Shown here: piece by piece, positions 62,619 to 64,000 of the stretch
Layout: each line of letters begins with the position of its first letter
How positions within the stretch are numbered: the stretch's first letter is position 1
Assembly: GCA_044229655.1 (NCBI GenBank)
Contig: JBGASM010000007.1
Coordinates: 106,675 to 170,674 of the forward strand
DNA: 64,000 nucleotides
Direction: 5' to 3'
Source: Phycisphaerales bacterium
GTDB lineage: Bacteria; Planctomycetota; Phycisphaerae; Phycisphaerales; UBA5793
The notes under the pieces: generated by a model
Told to the model about the DNA's origin: nothing
The model's database searches: none
The model's input: the letters and a program-made list of their open reading frames with translations, nothing else
Made by a program: the position numbers and the translations under genes

Positions 62619-64000
62619 ATGCGGTATCCCAATGTGTCCGCCCTGTTCGTGTCCTGCACTGGCCTGGCCTTCGCCATCCCTGCATTGGCCGGCGAACAAG
62701 GCTACTACCGCTTCCCCACGATCCATGGCGACACCGTCATCTTCTCATCCGAAGGTGACCTCTGGAAAGTGTCCGCTTCCGGCGGCTCGGCCCAGCGTCT
62801 CACCAGCGACGAAGGCGTGGAAGCTTTCTGCAAACTCAGCCCCGATGGCAAAACGCTGGCGTTCTCGGCTGAGTATGGTGGAAATGTCGACGTCTACACC
62901 ATGTCGGCCGATGGCGGCCCGCCTGCTCGCCTGACCTTCCACCCAACCGCTGAGGAGGTCGCCTGCTGGAAACCTGATGGGGCGTCCATCGTCTTTCGTT
63001 CCCGCCAGACCGATCCGAACTTCGAGCGCAACCTCTTCGAAGTTCCCGTCACGGGCGGGACTCCCACGTTGGTCAACATCGGGCGCGCCGCGCTGGCGGG
63101 CTTTTCTGCCGATGGTCGTTACGTCGCGTTCAACCGTTGGGCGGGCGAGACCGCAACCTGGAAACGCTACCTCGGCGGTACGGCCCAGGAAATCTGGGTC
63201 GGCGACACGCAGACCGGCACGTTCAATCGCATGACGAATTGGCCCGGCTCCGACCGCTTCCCCATGTGGTACCAGGGACGGGTCTACTTCCTCAGCGATC
63301 GTGGCCCTGAAAACCGCATGAATGTCTGGTCTTCCAAGCCGGATGGCTCGGATGCCCGGCAGCACACGACCCACGCTGACTACGACTGCGCCTGGCCGGA
63401 TCTTGACGCATCCTCCGGCCGCCTTGTGTATTGCCGCGCCGGTGAACTCTGGCTCTTCGACATCGCCGCCGGCGCCGACACCATGATCGATGTGGCCATT
63501 CCGTCCGATCGCTTGCAACTTCGCCCACGCTTCGTCGATGCCGCCGACACGCTCGACTGGTTTGCGCTCAACAAGGACGGAACCCGCATCGCCGTCTCGT
63601 CGCGCGGCGAGATGTGGAATGCGCCCGCCAAGCAGCCCGGCCGAATCATCCAACTCACCGAGTCCTCCGGCATTCGCGAGCGCAATCCCGTGTACTCACC
63701 CGATGGAAAGTGGATTGCCGCGATCACCGATGAATCCGGCTCCCAGGAAATCGCGCTCTGGCCCGCGGACGGCAAGGGCGAGCCGCGCATGCTCACCAGC
63801 GCAGGCAAGGGCTGGATCTTTGATCCGGTCTGGTCTCCCGACGGCAAGCAGATCGCCTACGCCGATCTCGATCAGGCCCTCTATGTCGTCGACGTGGAGT
63901 CCGGCGCACGCACAACCATCGAGGATTCCGCCGGCTGGGAAATCACCCAGTACGTCTGGTCCCCGGACAGCAAATACCTTGCGTACGCGCTCCCCGGTGA
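62619..64000 (+). CDS. tricorn protease homolog (beta-propeller N-terminal part; partial, runs off window end)
   Basis: This ORF is not in the supplied track because it has no stop. My hand translation from the ATG at 62619 gives a signal peptide, then YYRFPTIHGDTVIFSSEGDLWKVSASGG.AQRLTS...LSPDGKTLAFSAEYGGNVDVYTM..DGG.P.RLTFHP, and repeated SPDGK blocks. Confidence 0.85.
   Translation, partial: MRYPNVSALFVSCTGLAFAIPALAGEQGYYRFPTIHGDTVIFSSEGDLWKVSASGGSAQRLTSDEGVEAFCKLSPDGKTLAFSAEYGGNVDVYTMSADGGPPARLTFHPTAEEVACWKPDGASIVFRSRQTDPNFERNLFEVPVTGGTPTLVNIGRAALAGFSADGRYVAFNRWAGETATWKRYLGGTAQEIWVGDTQTGTFNRMTNWPGSDRFPMWYQGRVYFLSDRGPENRMNVWSSKPDGSDARQHTTHADYDCAWPDLDASSGRLVYCRAGELWLFDIAAGADTMIDVAIPSDRLQLRPRFVDAADTLDWFALNKDGTRIAVSSRGEMWNAPAKQPGRIIQLTESSGIRERNPVYSPDGKWIAAITDESGSQEIALWPADGKGEPRMLTSAGKGWIFDPVWSPDGKQIAYADLDQALYVVDVESGARTTIEDSAGWEITQYVWSPDSKYLAYALPG

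Noticed and set aside
1-64000. Scan for CRISPR arrays, rRNA/tRNA genes, transposases, integrases, reverse transcriptases and phage genes
   Set aside because: I found no regularly spaced direct repeats, no tRNA-like cloverleaf signatures, and no ORF with DDE, tyrosine- or serine-recombinase or RT motifs. This by-eye scan could miss short or degenerate elements.

Overview
This 64 kb window is GC-rich (roughly mid-60s % by eye) and densely coding. It looks like a bacterial chromosome segment, probably from the Planctomycetota/PVC group. That placement is an inference from several features: prepilin-type N-terminal methylation proteins with [25 protein letters not shown] leaders, several sulfotransferases, a futalosine-type nucleosidase and many acidic or proline-rich secreted proteins.

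Housekeeping genes I can recognise from motifs:
- LPS and envelope: two LptF/LptG-type permeases and a GT9 heptosyltransferase.
- Replication and transcription control: dnaE and rex.
- Translation: rsmG, rplT, rpmI, prfA, and prfB with its classic CTT TGA C programmed +1 frameshift.
- Metabolism: a PduO-type adenosyltransferase, citrate synthase, aroK and a ferredoxin.
- Other: comM/yifB, a YhaM-like HD/OB nuclease, an FKBP isomerase and a 5'-partial tricorn-like protease.

The largest functional block (37.1-51.8 kb) is a type IV pilus / type II secretion-like cluster: GspH/FimT-like pseudopilin, PilM, PilN, PilO, a PilP-like protein, secretin, a TPR lipoprotein, then later the GspE/PilB ATPase and GspF/PilC platform. 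A histidine kinase, receiver, HD-GYP and STAS module sits in the middle of it.

Most notable oddities:
1. prfA (RF1) is broken by four frame changes within about 170 nt, although TAG is clearly used as a stop codon here.
2. An ORF-poor, hairpin-rich and G-tract-rich region of about 0.88 kb (56134-57016) has a promoter-like element and no identity I could assign.
3. A canonical G-quadruplex motif lies between the secretin and TPR genes.
4. A 22-codon lysine-rich micro-ORF has a perfect Shine-Dalgarno.
5. A low-GC ORF is wedged into a tightly coupled comM-led gene string.
6. A MEMO-family protein carries a PqqD-like N-terminal domain.

I saw no rRNA, tRNA, CRISPR array, transposase or integrase. 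All product calls rest on motif recognition by eye, with no database search. Start codons are often uncertain because long upstream open frames are common in GC-rich DNA.
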